This document shows, in pieces, positions 33,592 through 44,210 of a stretch of DNA of 60,472 bases (the first letter of the stretch is position 1; every line of letters starts with the position of its first letter). Source of the stretch: Bacteroidota bacterium. Its GTDB lineage: Bacteria > Bacteroidota > Bacteroidia > Chitinophagales > JADIYW01. A model generated the notes under the pieces. It worked only from the letters and a program-made list of their open reading frames with translations. It was not told the DNA's origin and searched no databases. The stretch lies in assembly GCA_039797705.1 (NCBI GenBank), contig JBDKHK010000023.1, positions 1 through 60,472 on the forward strand, in the 5' to 3' direction. A program made the position numbers and the translations under genes.

Positions 33592-36024
33592 TTATTCAAA
33601 TTTTATGGCATCTTTTATTTTTTTCTTTTCTAAAGCAATTTCTAGCATTTCTTCCATTTCCTCTACATAATGAAATTTCAATCCTTTGATAAATTCAGCA
33701 GGTACTTCGTCCACGTCTTTTTCATTTTCCTTGCACAGGATAATTTCTTTAATTCCGGCACGTTTGGCGGCTAATATTTTTTCTTTAATTCCTCCTACCG
33801 GCAGCACTTTTCCTCTCAAAGTAATTTCACCTGTTAAGGCGGTAAACGGTTTTATTTTTCTTTGAGTAAATAAAGATGTTAATGCTGAAAGTATAGCAAT
33901 GCCGGCACTTGGGCCATCTTTTGGGATTGCACCTTCTGGAACGTGAATATGCAAATTCCAATCTGTAAAAGCTTGTTTGGGTATTTGCAATATTTCTGCT
34001 TTAGATTGTAAATAACTTAGTGCTGTATTAAAAGATTCTTTCATTACATTTCCTAAATTACCAGTAATGGATACTTGCCCTTTACCTCTGCTGGCAGAAG
34101 ATTCTATAAATAAAATATCGCCCCCCATAGGAGTCCAAGCTAAGCCGATAGCCACTCCACAAGGATTATTTTCAGAATATTTATCGTGGTTGTATTTTGG
34201 TTTTCCTAAGATGCGTGTGATATCATCGGTAGAAATCGTTGGATTATATTCTTCCTCAGTTGCTACGCTCTTGGCAACATTGCGCATGATGGATGCAATT
34301 ACTCTGTCCAATTCGCGCACGCCACTTTCATACGTGTAATTATGAATAAGATATTGAATTGTTTTATCATTTAATTTTACTTGGCTTGCCTTCAATCCAT
34401 GTGCTTCTCGTTGCTTAGCAACTAAATGTTTTTTGGCTATTTCAGTTTTTTCTTCTAATGAATAGCCGCTTAGTTGAATGATTTCCATTCTATCGCGCAA
34501 TGCAGGTTGTATTTCTCCCATGCTGTTGGCAGTAGCGATGAATAATACTTTAGATAAATCGTATTCTAATTCTAAATAATTATCATAAAATGTAGTGTTT
34601 TGTTCAGGGTCTAATACTTCTAATAAAGCAGAAGAAGGGTCGCCACGATGGTCTTTTCCTACTTTATCAATTTCATCTAAAATAAAAACAGGATTAGAAG
34701 ATTGTACTTTTTTTAATGATTGAATAATTCTGCCAGGCATGGCACCAATATATGTTTTGCGGTGTCCACGTATTTCACTCTCATCATGCAAGCCACCTAA
34801 TGACATGCGCACATATTTTCTGTCTAATGCCCGCGCGATGCTTCTGCCTAAAGATGTTTTTCCTACTCCCGGAGGGCCGATAAAACAAAGTATTGGCGAC
34901 TTCATATCACCTTTTAATTTCAATACGGCAAGGTATTCTAAAATTCTATCTTTTATTTTATCTAATCCAAAATGATCCTCATCTAATATTTTTTTACCAC
35001 GTTTTAAATCGAAATTATCTTGAGTGGTTTCATTCCATGGCAATTCAACCATGGTGTCTAAATAATTTAAGATGACAGAATATTCTGCAGCAGCCGGGTT
35101 TATGCGTTGTAATTTTCCTATTTCTTTGTCAAATGCTTTTGCAACCGTTTCACTCCATTTCTTTTCGGTCGCTTTTTCTTTCAATCTGTTGACTTCTTCT
35201 TGGTACATATCTCCACCCAATTCTTCTTGAATAGCGCGTAGTTGCTGGTTCAAGAAATAATCGCGTTGCTGTTTGTCTATATCCGTTTTTGTTTTGTTGT
35301 GAATGTTTGCTTTTAGTTCTTGTAATTGCAATTCCTGATGCAAGTATTTTAAAACCAATTGTATTCTTTCTGTTGCATCATTTATTTCCAATATTTGTTG
35401 CTTCTGTGTCGATTCAATATTCAAATTGGAAGTAATAAAATTGGCTAAAAATTTTACACTATTTATATTGGTCAATACAATTTTTGCTTCATTTGGAATA
35501 TTTGGAGAAAGGTCAATAATTTTGGAAGCCATATCTTTTAAATTTCCCATCATAGCTTTTTCTTGCTGGGGATCTAAAAGGGTAATATCATTTATATATT
35601 CAACTTCGGACTCTATAAAAGGTTCTGCGGAAACAGTTTGTTTTACAATAAAACGCCTTACGCCTTGCAGAATGATAGTACTGCCACCATCGGGCATGTT
35701 GAGTAGTTTTAAAATTCTCGCAGTAGTTCCCATTGCATATAAATCCGTAGATTCTGGGTCTTCTACTTTGGTGTCACGTTGTGCAATTACGCCTATAAAT
35801 TTGTCTGCTTTATATGCTTTTTTTATAGCTTTTATAGATTTTTCTCTACCAACAGAAATCGGTATAATAACTCCTGGAAAAAGAACATTATTCCTAAGAG
35901 GTAATATTGGAATTACTTTTGGCAGTTGTTCATTGTTTGTATTGTCATCTTCTTCGATAGATAACAAGGGTATCATTTCGACATCGTCGTCTTCAATATT
36001 GGATAATTCTATTTTTTGAAACAT
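33592..36024 (-). CDS. lon: ATP-dependent protease La
   Basis: [33 protein letters not shown]. Confidence 0.98.
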   Translation of the reverse strand: MFQKIELSNIEDDDVEMIPLLSIEEDDNTNNEQLPKVIPILPLRNNVLFPGVIIPISVGREKSIKAIKKAYKADKFIGVIAQRDTKVEDPESTDLYAMGTTARILKLLNMPDGGSTIILQGVRRFIVKQTVSAEPFIESEVEYINDITLLDPQQEKAMMGNLKDMASKIIDLSPNIPNEAKIVLTNINSVKFLANFITSNLNIESTQKQQILEINDATERIQLVLKYLHQELQLQELKANIHNKTKTDIDKQQRDYFLNQQLRAIQEELGGDMYQEEVNRLKEKATEKKWSETVAKAFDKEIGKLQRINPAAAEYSVILNYLDTMVELPWNETTQDNFDLKRGKKILDEDHFGLDKIKDRILEYLAVLKLKGDMKSPILCFIGPPGVGKTSLGRSIARALDRKYVRMSLGGLHDESEIRGHRKTYIGAMPGRIIQSLKKVQSSNPVFILDEIDKVGKDHRGDPSSALLEVLDPEQNTTFYDNYLELEYDLSKVLFIATANSMGEIQPALRDRMEIIQLSGYSLEEKTEIAKKHLVAKQREAHGLKASQVKLNDKTIQYLIHNYTYESGVRELDRVIASIMRNVAKSVATEEEYNPTISTDDITRILGKPKYNHDKYSENNPCGVAIGLAWTPMGGDILFIESSASRGKGQVSITGNLGNVMKESFNTALSYLQSKAEILQIPKQAFTDWNLHIHVPEGAIPKDGPSAGIAILSALTSLFTQRKIKPFTALTGEITLRGKVLPVGGIKEKILAAKRAGIKEIILCKENEKDVDEVPAEFIKGLKFHYVEEMEEMLEIALEKKKIKDAIKFE

Positions 36025-36296
36025 AAGTAAATTTAATTCAATTTAGACAATATGGCACTTTCCTTAGGCAAAGTAAGGACTTTTACTAAAAGCAAGATAT
36101 GTGCCGAACTGTTTTAAATATAAATAATGGAAGTTTTGACAGTTTTGTATCAAACTTAATAAAAATCTTTACATTACTAAATATTCTTTTGAGAAACACT
36201 ATCTAATTGTTAAAAAAAAATCAATTTATAGTGAGATAACATATTTTAATAAAAGCATTAAAGAAAGCTAACATAGCCTACTGTATTTTTGACACA

Positions 36297-36674
36297 ATGA
36301 AAATAAGGCTTGCAATCATATTTCTCTTTCTTTCTTCTTTGCTGCTGCATTCCTCCAATGGTTTTGCCATTCAAAAAATAACGAATACGGTAGAAACAAA
36401 TTTTGCCAGTAGCTTATTCACTTCAATCTCTACAATCAATTCCACACCAAAACTATTTACTGCCAAAAAAGTATGGAATGAAATTGCAACCAATTTTAAT
36501 CAGTTGTATGATGAAGATGAATTGCCGGATTCGATTGTTTCTTATCTATTAACACCCTTACTTCCATTTTGGAAAAATTTCATATTTGAAGGGTATGCCT
36601 GCAATCCACTTGCAAGGGTGACAAAATTCTTTCCTTCTAAAAAATACAAGCTATTTAACGTTTTCAGGATTTAA
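36297..36674 (+). CDS. Hypothetical signal-peptide-bearing leader protein of the RND operon
   Basis: N-terminal basic plus hydrophobic segment, acidic patch, C-terminus KKYKLFNVFRI; TATTTTTG element 5 nt before the ATG. Confidence 0.7.
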   Translation: MKIRLAIIFLFLSSLLLHSSNGFAIQKITNTVETNFASSLFTSISTINSTPKLFTAKKVWNEIATNFNQLYDEDELPDSIVSYLLTPLLPFWKNFIFEGYACNPLARVTKFFPSKKYKLFNVFRI

Positions 36675-36786
36675 ATCTATTCCTGTACATTTTTATCTTA
36701 TTGAAACCGATATTCATCGAGTTGAATAATAGTAGCTATTGTATTTAATCTAATTGATTCCTTTTTATTCCTTAATATATTTATCC

Positions 36787-37866
36787 ATGAAAAAATTATT
36801 GCCCATTGGTTTATTAGTAATTCCATTCTTTTTTGTAAGCTGTTCGTCCAATCAAGAAAAAGAGGATGAGAATATAAAGTATGAAGTAACCGTGCCACTG
36901 CAAACAGATACCTCTTTTACAAAAAAGTATTCTGCACAAATTCGATCTATAAAAAACATTGAAATAAGAACACAAGAGAGAGGTTTTCTTCAAAATATAT
37001 ATGTGGATGAAGGACAATATGTAAAAGAAGGTCAATTGATGTTTCGTATTATGCCAAAAATTTATGAAGCAGAATTAGCAAAAGAAGAAGCAGAAGTAAA
37101 AATGGCAGAAATAGAAGTACAAAATGCTAAAACATTAGTAGATAAAAACGTCATTTCAAAAAATGAATTATTAATGGCACAAGCTAAATTAGAACAGGCA
37201 AAAGCAGGAGCCTCCTTAGCAAGAACACATCTTTCATTTACAGAAATTAAAGCACCTTTTTCAGGGATTATTGATAGATTACCCAAAAGATTAGGAAGTT
37301 TATTAGACGAAGGAGAATTGCTGACCAGTCTTTCTGATAACAGCTCTATGTATGTTTATTTTAATGTTTCGGAGCCAGAATATTTAGATTATAAACAACA
37401 AGCAGAAAATAAAAATGTACAAGTAGGTTTGCTGTTAGCAAATAATACCATACTTCCATCAAAAGGCACTATTGAAACAATAGAAGGAGAGTTTGATAAT
37501 GAAACGGGAAATATTGCCTTTAGAGCAAAATTTCCAAATGGAAATGGATGGCTGAAACATGGAGAAACTGGGGATATTTTAATGACCATTCCATTCAAAA
37601 ATACAATTGTTATTCCTCAAAAAGCAACGTATGAAGTACAAGACAGAAAATATGTTTTTATAGTAGATAAAAATAATGTACTACACTCCAAGCAAATTAA
37701 AATAAGTGCTGAAATACCCGATTTGTATATTGTTACAGATGGCATAACTGTAAATGATAAAATATTATTAGAAGGACTACAAAGAGTGAAAAATGGTGAG
37801 AAAATTGAATACGATTTCAAAAAACCAGAAGAGGTAATTGCTAATTTGAGATTGAAAGCAGAATAA
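36787..37866 (+). CDS. RND efflux periplasmic adaptor (MFP) lipoprotein
   Basis: Lipobox FVSC, VDEGQYVKEGQ, IKAPFSG, IPQKA; ATG at 36787. Confidence 0.95.
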   Translation: MKKLLPIGLLVIPFFFVSCSSNQEKEDENIKYEVTVPLQTDTSFTKKYSAQIRSIKNIEIRTQERGFLQNIYVDEGQYVKEGQLMFRIMPKIYEAELAKEEAEVKMAEIEVQNAKTLVDKNVISKNELLMAQAKLEQAKAGASLARTHLSFTEIKAPFSGIIDRLPKRLGSLLDEGELLTSLSDNSSMYVYFNVSEPEYLDYKQQAENKNVQVGLLLANNTILPSKGTIETIEGEFDNETGNIAFRAKFPNGNGWLKHGETGDILMTIPFKNTIVIPQKATYEVQDRKYVFIVDKNNVLHSKQIKISAEIPDLYIVTDGITVNDKILLEGLQRVKNGEKIEYDFKKPEEVIANLRLKAE

Positions 37867-37887
37867 TCCAAAAACAAATTTAATAAT

Positions 37888-40800
37888 ATGTTTAGTAAAA
37901 TTATACAAAGACCAGTATTGGCAATTGTCATATCGTTGATAATCGTATTTTTGGGCGTGCTGGCAATTACCCAATTACCTGTCACCCAATTTCCGTCCAT
38001 TTCTCCACCCATGGTAAATGTAACAGCAGATTATCCTGGCGCAAACGGAGAACTAATGATTAAAGCAGTCGTAATTCCATTAGAGCAAGCATTAAATGGT
38101 GTTCAAGGAATGAAATACATTACTTCCGATGCAGGTAATGACGGAGAAGCCAGCATTCAAATCGTATTTAATTTAGGAACAGACCCCAATGTGGCAGCAT
38201 TGAATGTGCAAAATAGGGTTGCATCTGTTTTAAACAAACTGCCACCATTGGTAGTTCGCGAAGGGGTGAAGATTTCACAAGAACAACCTAACATGTTGAT
38301 GTATGTGAATCTTTATAGTAAAGACCCAAAAACAGACCAAAAATTCTTGTTTAACTATTCTGATATCAATCTTTTGCCAGAGTTGAAACGTATCAAAGGT
38401 GTAGGTTTCGCAGATATTTTAGGAAATAGAGAATACGCCATGCGTATCTGGTTGAAACCAGACAGAATGTTGGCCTATAAAATATCCGCAGACGAAGTCA
38501 TGGAGGCTCTGTCTAGTCAAAGCTTAGAAGCCTCGCCCGGAAAAACAGGCGAAAGCTCTGGAAAACGTTCTCAAACATTTGAATATGTTTTAAAATATTC
38601 AGGACGATATACCAACGAAGACCAATACAGAAATATAGTTGTTCGGGCAAATTCAGATGGCGAATTATTAAGACTTAAAGACATTGCAGAAGTAGAGTTT
38701 GGTAGTTCTATGTATGATATTTATTCCAGTATCGACGGAAAACCATCTGCAGCCATTGTCTTGAAGCAGTCGTACGGCAGTAATGCAACTCAAGTAATTA
38801 AAGACATCAAATCAAAATTAAATGAAATAAAGAAAAATTTTCCAGATGGAATGGATTATGAAATTAGTTATGATGTTTCTAATTTCTTAGATGCCTCCAT
38901 AGAAAAAGTTGTACATACTTTAATAGAGGCTTTTTTATTGGTAGGCTTAGTAGTGTTCTTGTTTTTGGGCGATTGGCGCTCTACGTTGATTCCAGCATTA
39001 GCCGTTCCGGTATCATTGGTAGGTACTTTTGCATTTATGAGTTTCTTCGGTATTTCCTTAAATTTAATTACCTTATTTGCATTAGTGTTAGCCATAGGTG
39101 TGGTAGTGGATGATGCAATTGTAGTGATTGAAGCCGTGCACGCAAAAATGGAAACCGAACATTTGTCACCGAGGCGAGCAACGATAGTTGCTATAAATGA
39201 AATTGCAGGAGCCATTATTGCCATTACATTACTCATGGCAGCTATTTTCATTCCTGTAACTTTTATGTCAGGGCCAGTAGGGATGTTCTATCGCCAATTT
39301 TCCATTACAATGGCAACAGCTATCGTATTATCTGGTATCGTTGCATTAACCTTAACGCCTGCATTATGTGCCATTATTTTAAAAAATAATCATGGTAAAG
39401 AAAGAAAAAAAGGCATCTTAACAAGGTTAATAGAAGGATTCAATAAAAGATTTGATAAATCAGCAGAAGGCTATGTGAAAATTTTAGAAAAAATAGTAAA
39501 CAGACGAAGCCTCACCTTTATTTTGTTGCTTTTATTTTGTGGTGGAATTTTCTTTATAAGCAGAACCGTGCCTTCTGGATTTATTCCCGGAGAAGATCAG
39601 GCAATGATTTATGCAATTATACAAACACCTCCTGGATCGTCCTTGGAAAGAACGTATGATGTGTCAGAAAGATTACAAAAAATTGCTGAAGGGATAGATG
39701 GTATCCAATCTGTTTCTGCATTAGCTGGATATGAAATTCTAACAGAAGGAACCAGCTCTAATACAGGTACCTGTTTAATAAATTTGAAAGAATGGAGTAA
39801 ACGGAAATTAAATGCACAACAAATTATTGAAGAATTAGAAAAAAAATCTAAAGATATTTCAGGCGCAAATATCGAATTCTTTCAACCGCCAGCAGTTCCC
39901 GGATATGGTGCCGCAGGTGGTTTTGAATTGCGCTTGTTAGACAAAGCAGGAACCGGGAATTATAAAAAATTAGAACAAGTAAATAAAGATTTTGTAAATG
40001 AATTGAAAAAAAGGAAAGAACTTACTTCTGTATTTAGTTTCTATAGTGCCAGTTTTCCTCAATACCTTCTTGAAGTGGATAATGATATAGCCCAGCAAAA
40101 AGGAGTAACTATTGAAAATGCAATGAATACCCTTTCTACATTGGTTGGAAGTAACTACGAAATAAGTTTTATAAAATTTGGAAAGATGTATAAAGTTATC
40201 GTCGAGGCAGCACCGGAATATCGTGCGTTGCCAGAAGATATTTTAAAATTATATGTCAAAAATAACCGAGACCAAATGGTACCATTTTCCGATTTTATTA
40301 AGATGAAAAAAGTATATGGTTTGTCGGAAATTACTCGACATAATTTGTATAATTCAACAGAGATTAGCGGATCGGCAGCACCGGGCTATAGCAGTGGTGA
40401 AGCCATAAAAATAGTTCAAGAAGTGGCAGAAAAAACACTTCCACATGGTTATGGAATTGACTGGGCGGGTATTTCTGCCGATGAAGTGGCACAGGGAAAT
40501 CAAGCAATCATTGTTTTTTTAATCAGTTTAATATTTGTTTATATGGTACTTGCTGGGCAGTATGAAAGTTTTATTTTACCACTTTCTGTCATCCTTTGCT
40601 TGCCTGCAGGTATTTTTGGGACCTTCTTATTTCTTAAATTATTTGGACTAGAAAATAATATTTATGCCCAAATTGCCATGGTGATGTTGATTGGGTTATT
40701 GGGGAAAAATGCTGTTTTGATTGTAGAATACGCTGCTTTGCGCCATAGTCAAGGACTGACTATTTTTCAGGCCACTTTGGAAGGAGCAAAAGTTCGTTTC

Positions 40801-41052
40801 CGTCCTATTTTAATGACTTCCTTTGCATTTATTGCGGGGTTGCTTCCATTGATGTTTGCAACTGGCCCTGGAAGAATAGGGAATAGAACAATAGGTACCG
40901 CAGCAGCGGGAGGGATGCTCTTCGGAACCGTATTCGGTGTGTTTATTATTCCCGGATTATATTTCGTTTTCGGTACCATCGCAGAAAAATATAGTTTTAT
41001 AAAAAATGAAAAAGATAATCCATTAACAGAAGAATTACAGAATCATGAATAA
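37888..41052 (+). CDS. RND efflux permease (HAE1/AcrB family)
   Basis: LPVTQFP, AMRIWL, VDDAIVVIE, KNAVLIVE, RFRPILMTS. Confidence 0.97.
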   Translation: MFSKIIQRPVLAIVISLIIVFLGVLAITQLPVTQFPSISPPMVNVTADYPGANGELMIKAVVIPLEQALNGVQGMKYITSDAGNDGEASIQIVFNLGTDPNVAALNVQNRVASVLNKLPPLVVREGVKISQEQPNMLMYVNLYSKDPKTDQKFLFNYSDINLLPELKRIKGVGFADILGNREYAMRIWLKPDRMLAYKISADEVMEALSSQSLEASPGKTGESSGKRSQTFEYVLKYSGRYTNEDQYRNIVVRANSDGELLRLKDIAEVEFGSSMYDIYSSIDGKPSAAIVLKQSYGSNATQVIKDIKSKLNEIKKNFPDGMDYEISYDVSNFLDASIEKVVHTLIEAFLLVGLVVFLFLGDWRSTLIPALAVPVSLVGTFAFMSFFGISLNLITLFALVLAIGVVVDDAIVVIEAVHAKMETEHLSPRRATIVAINEIAGAIIAITLLMAAIFIPVTFMSGPVGMFYRQFSITMATAIVLSGIVALTLTPALCAIILKNNHGKERKKGILTRLIEGFNKRFDKSAEGYVKILEKIVNRRSLTFILLLLFCGGIFFISRTVPSGFIPGEDQAMIYAIIQTPPGSSLERTYDVSERLQKIAEGIDGIQSVSALAGYEILTEGTSSNTGTCLINLKEWSKRKLNAQQIIEELEKKSKDISGANIEFFQPPAVPGYGAAGGFELRLLDKAGTGNYKKLEQVNKDFVNELKKRKELTSVFSFYSASFPQYLLEVDNDIAQQKGVTIENAMNTLSTLVGSNYEISFIKFGKMYKVIVEAAPEYRALPEDILKLYVKNNRDQMVPFSDFIKMKKVYGLSEITRHNLYNSTEISGSAAPGYSSGEAIKIVQEVAEKTLPHGYGIDWAGISADEVAQGNQAIIVFLISLIFVYMVLAGQYESFILPLSVILCLPAGIFGTFLFLKLFGLENNIYAQIAMVMLIGLLGKNAVLIVEYAALRHSQGLTIFQATLEGAKVRFRPILMTSFAFIAGLLPLMFATGPGRIGNRTIGTAAAGGMLFGTVFGVFIIPGLYFVFGTIAEKYSFIKNEKDNPLTEELQNHE

Positions 41053-42487
41053 GTATATCATAACAAGAATTAGCATATTATTCGCCGTTGTCATCCTTTT
41101 TAATGGATGTTCCATTCCTAAAGTAACGCAGCGTACAGAAAATAAAAATACGCCAAACACTTATGGAAACAACTCCAAGCCAACAGATACACTTAATAGT
41201 GCAAAAATAAGTTGGCGTACCTTTTTTACCGATTCCAATTTGGTACATTTAATAGACACAGCATTGGTGCATAATCAGGAGTTGATGATTACACTACAAG
41301 AAATTGAAATTGCCAAAAATGATATTCGAGTAAAAAAAGGAGAATTGCTACCCACTGTAAATTATGGATTGGAAGTAGGCGCCGATAAAGTGGGTAGGTA
41401 CACCAGCCAAGGAGCAGGGGATGAGGCCACCGAAATTAAACCAGGAAAAAAAGTACCACAAATATTAGGTGATTTCAAATTTGGAGTAGATATGGAATGG
41501 GAAATTGATATTTGGAAAAAATTGCGCAATGCCAAAAAAGCCGCTATCAAACGATATTTGGCCACCATTGAAGGTAAAAATTTTGTACTCACTAATCTTA
41601 TTGCAGAAGTAGCAAAATCCTATTATGAATTGGTTGCATTGGACAATCAATTAAATGTTGTTCGCCAAAATATTATTACCCAAAAGAACGCATTGGAGAT
41701 TGTGAAAATTCAAAAGGAAGCCAGTCGAGCAACGGAATTAGCCGTAAAAAAGTTTGAAGCAGAAGTACTGGGCACACAAAGCAAAGAATTTGAAATTTTG
41801 CAACAAATAAAAGAAACAGAAAACAAAATAAACTTCCTTTTAGGTCGCTTTCCACAAGAGATACCAAGAAACAGAGATAATTTTGAGCAAATGATACCAC
41901 CAATTGTATATGCTGGAATCCCAGCGCAATTGTTGCAAAACAGACCAGATATCAAACAGGCGGAATTTCAATTAGATGCTTCTAAGTTAGATGTAAAAGT
42001 GGCGAAAGCAGAATTTTATCCTTCTTTAAAAATATCTGCAAGCATAGGTTTGGATGCATTTAATCCTGCTTTTTGGATAAAAATTCCAGAATCTATTTTT
42101 AGTTCCTTAGCGGCAGGTTTATTAGGGCCACTAATAAATAAAAATGCTATCAAAGCTGAATATTTAAGCGCGAATGCCCGTCAAAAACAAGCGGTTTATA
42201 CATTTGAAAAAAATATCTTAAATGGATATTATGAAGTATATACACAGCTTTCTAAAGTAGATAATTTAGAAAGAAGTTATGATTTAAAATCCAAACAAAT
42301 GGATGCATTATACATGTCTGTTCAGGTGGCAAATGATTTATTTACATCTGCCAGAGCAGATTATTTTGAAGTGCTAATGACACAACGTGATGCATTAGAT
42401 TCAAAATTGGAATTGATTGATACTAAAAAAGATCAATTAAATGCAGTTGTTGATGTTTACAGAAGTTTAGGTGGAGGCTGGCAATAG
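41045..42487 (+). CDS. TolC/OprM family outer-membrane efflux lipoprotein
   Basis: Lipobox FNGC, WEIDIW, NRPDI, YRSLGGGW. Confidence 0.96.
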   Translation: MNKYIITRISILFAVVILFNGCSIPKVTQRTENKNTPNTYGNNSKPTDTLNSAKISWRTFFTDSNLVHLIDTALVHNQELMITLQEIEIAKNDIRVKKGELLPTVNYGLEVGADKVGRYTSQGAGDEATEIKPGKKVPQILGDFKFGVDMEWEIDIWKKLRNAKKAAIKRYLATIEGKNFVLTNLIAEVAKSYYELVALDNQLNVVRQNIITQKNALEIVKIQKEASRATELAVKKFEAEVLGTQSKEFEILQQIKETENKINFLLGRFPQEIPRNRDNFEQMIPPIVYAGIPAQLLQNRPDIKQAEFQLDASKLDVKVAKAEFYPSLKISASIGLDAFNPAFWIKIPESIFSSLAAGLLGPLINKNAIKAEYLSANARQKQAVYTFEKNILNGYYEVYTQLSKVDNLERSYDLKSKQMDALYMSVQVANDLFTSARADYFEVLMTQRDALDSKLELIDTKKDQLNAVVDVYRSLGGGWQ

Positions 42488-42502
42488 AAAATTGTAAAAT
42501 TG

Positions 42503-42546
42503 AAAAAGAGGAGGCTGTATCGAAAGATGCAGCCTCTCTTTTTTTT
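42503..42546. terminator. Bidirectional terminator (RND operon and original tRNA-Ser terminator)
   Basis: GAGGCTGTATC-GAAA-GATGCAGCCTC flanked by A and T runs; abuts the displaced tRNA 3' copy. Confidence 0.88.
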
Positions 42547-42547
42547 A

Positions 42548-42576
42548 TTACAACGTTTTTGCGGAGACGATGAGAT
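42548..42576 (-). repeat. att site: displaced copy of the tRNA-Ser 3' end plus trailer
   Basis: TTACAACGTTTTTGCGGAGACGATGAGAT vs TTATAACGTTTTTGCGGAGACGGTGAGAT at 44351-44379 (27/29 identical). Confidence 0.9.
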
Positions 42577-42577
42577 A

Positions 42578-42790
42578 AGTGTTTTTTCTAACGACAAATT
42601 AAAACAGACCTATAAAATACCTTATCAAACTATCTCTAAAACAACCGTTGAGGCAAACGATTATAGAGTAGAAGTAATAACCGCCGGACGGTTAATTATT
42701 TTCCGTGTTTTAGATGACAGAAACACAGAAATAGCCGTGCGCCCGGTATCATTAGACACTCCAACACCTTTTGTAATTTATTCAGAATAA
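42578..42790 (+). pseudogene. 5'-truncated gene fragment at the island left end
   Basis: Open frame ending ...RPVSLDTPTPFVIYSE with no in-frame ATG after the att site; the track start at 42500 runs through a terminator and att. Confidence 0.5.
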
Positions 42791-42800
42791 AAAATAAAAC

Positions 42801-43063
42801 ATGGCAACAACAACAAAAAAAACAGCACCCAAAAAACGCGCTACTACAGCTAAAAAAAAGCACCTAAAAAACGCAAGGTGAGTATAAAGAAAATAGCCAA
42901 CAGAGGTTTATTAAGAGCGAAAATAACCAAACAAGAAAAAGCTATAAAAGCCTTAAAAAAAGAAGTTTCAAAGATAGAGCGCAAGGATAAAGTATTAAAA
43001 CGCAAACTGTCTAAAGTGCGGCGCACGGCAAAAGTTACTCGCAAGCGTGTAGCAAAAAAGTAA
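42801..43063 (+). CDS. Highly basic H1-like/coiled-coil protein split by a -1 frameshift in an A8 tract
   Basis: MATTTKKTAPKKRATTAKKK in frame 0 joins APKKRKVSIKK...RKRVAKK in the -1 frame at 42852-42860; joined product 87 aa, 38 K+R. Confidence 0.7.
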
Positions 43064-43094
43064 AATTGACTATGATGAAAACATAATAGAAAAA

Positions 43095-43220
43095 ATGCAA
43101 AAAAAAGAAAAAGAAGCATTTTTAAAAAAGTTTGAATCAGAAATGAGAAAATTATTATCTACTGCATCGGGACGGCAACGCCTTAAAAAATCAGGTTTTA
43201 ACGTTCCTAAATTATCTTAG
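43095..43220 (+). CDS. Small hypothetical protein (41 aa)
   Basis: MQKKEKEAFLKKFESEMRKLLSTASGRQRLKKSGFNVPKLS*; A-rich initiation context, followed by a terminator. Confidence 0.45.
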   Translation: MQKKEKEAFLKKFESEMRKLLSTASGRQRLKKSGFNVPKLS

Positions 43221-43258
43221 ATATTTGTATGTTTTGGTAGAAATACAAATTATGAGGC

Positions 43259-43286
43259 AAAAAACACGTTTAAAAGCGTGTTTTTT
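43259..43286. terminator. Intrinsic terminator (bidirectional)
   Basis: AAAAAACACGTT...AGCGTGTTTTTT. Confidence 0.65.
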
Positions 43287-43355
43287 GGTTTAAATAAAAA
43301 ATAAATTCGTTCCAGTCGAATTGAAAAAAATCGAGTGGTTTCGGTTTCATAAATG

Positions 43356-43384
43356 AACGCACTTCTTAGGAGGTGCGTTTTTTA
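43356..43384 (+). terminator. Intrinsic terminator insulating the TA operon
   Basis: AACGCACTTC-TTAG-GAGGTGCGTT followed by a T run. Confidence 0.75.
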
Positions 43385-43424
43385 TGCCGGTTGCATTTTA
43401 CAACAATAAGTATTACATTTGAGT

Positions 43425-43655
43425 ATGTTTTTTCAATCACCAATAGTAAGTAAAATTACAGATTACATAGAGCAAATGCCTGAAACCAAGCAAAAGGCAC
43501 TGTTAAAAGTATTGGAAAAAGAAGCCATTATACAAAAAGCCCGAAAATTAGATAGTGGCGTTAAAAAAAATAATATTACAATGAATGAAATTGTAGCCAT
43601 TGTCAGAGATGTTCGAAAAAAACGATACAATGCAGGCAAACAAATACGTTCTTGA
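43425..43655 (+). CDS. Putative antitoxin
   Basis: Small ORF overlapping the downstream PIN gene; C-terminal ITMNEIVAIVRDVR helix; TACATTTG element just upstream. Confidence 0.7.
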   Translation: MFFQSPIVSKITDYIEQMPETKQKALLKVLEKEAIIQKARKLDSGVKKNNITMNEIVAIVRDVRKKRYNAGKQIRS

Positions 43656-44028
43656 TTGTAATGTATATATCAGCTATATTATTAATGGGAAATTAGCAGA
43701 TTTAACAGAATACATAGTTCTCAATGATATTGAAATAATCTTCTGCAGAGAACTGGAAGCCGAAATAATAGATGTATTACAAAGAAACCATATTAAAAAA
43801 TATCTGAAATACACCAGTAATGATTATTTAGAAGCAATTCACCTGTTTACCAAAAATGTAAAAAAAACACGACAATACAAAGGGAGCCCAGATATAAAAG
43901 ACGATTATCTATTTTCATTATGCCTTAGTACAAAATCTACCTTGGTAACAGGCGATAAAAAACTGTTGAATTTTAAAGAAACACCAATTCCGGTTATTTC
44001 TACTACGGCATTCAAAAAACTATTCTAA
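43630..44028 (+). CDS. PIN-domain toxin (VapC-like)
   Basis: VLDCNVYIS, E, D.KDD, LVTGDKKLL acidic PIN motifs; ATG at 43630. Confidence 0.88.
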   Translation: MQANKYVLDCNVYISYIINGKLADLTEYIVLNDIEIIFCRELEAEIIDVLQRNHIKKYLKYTSNDYLEAIHLFTKNVKKTRQYKGSPDIKDDYLFSLCLSTKSTLVTGDKKLLNFKETPIPVISTTAFKKLF

Positions 44029-44113
44029 TAATTTTTTTCTAAAAAAAAAATTGCACTTTGGTATTTCTTTTGCCGTATTTGAAGTGCGAAACAACATTAT
44101 GAAAATCAAATCA

Positions 44114-44210
44114 AAATTTATTAACAATAAGCCAGGCGAGCGTTTCAGAAACTTATCTCTACCTTATGGTACTGTGTTCGTAGCGCCTGGCGGTTTTTTG
44201 TTAAAAATTT
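44114..44210 (+). ncRNA. Candidate structured antisense RNA (c4/CI-like architecture)
   Basis: Stem GCCAGGCG (44131-44138) / CGCCTGGC (44184-44191) with AT-rich extension and internal hairpins; internal TACTGTGTTC is complementary to downstream GAACACAGTA. Confidence 0.5.

Noticed and set aside
42500-42790. Full 96-aa ORF as called, or a gene restored by island circularisation
   Set aside because: Its 5' part crosses a terminator and the att site; the right att copy has an in-frame TAA and supplies no start, so excision would not rebuild it
43270-43350. 26-aa minus-strand ORF MKPKPLDFFQFDWNEFIFYLNQKTRF between two terminators as a type I toxin
   Set aside because: No transmembrane-length hydrophobic stretch and no supporting promoter; the length is expected by chance
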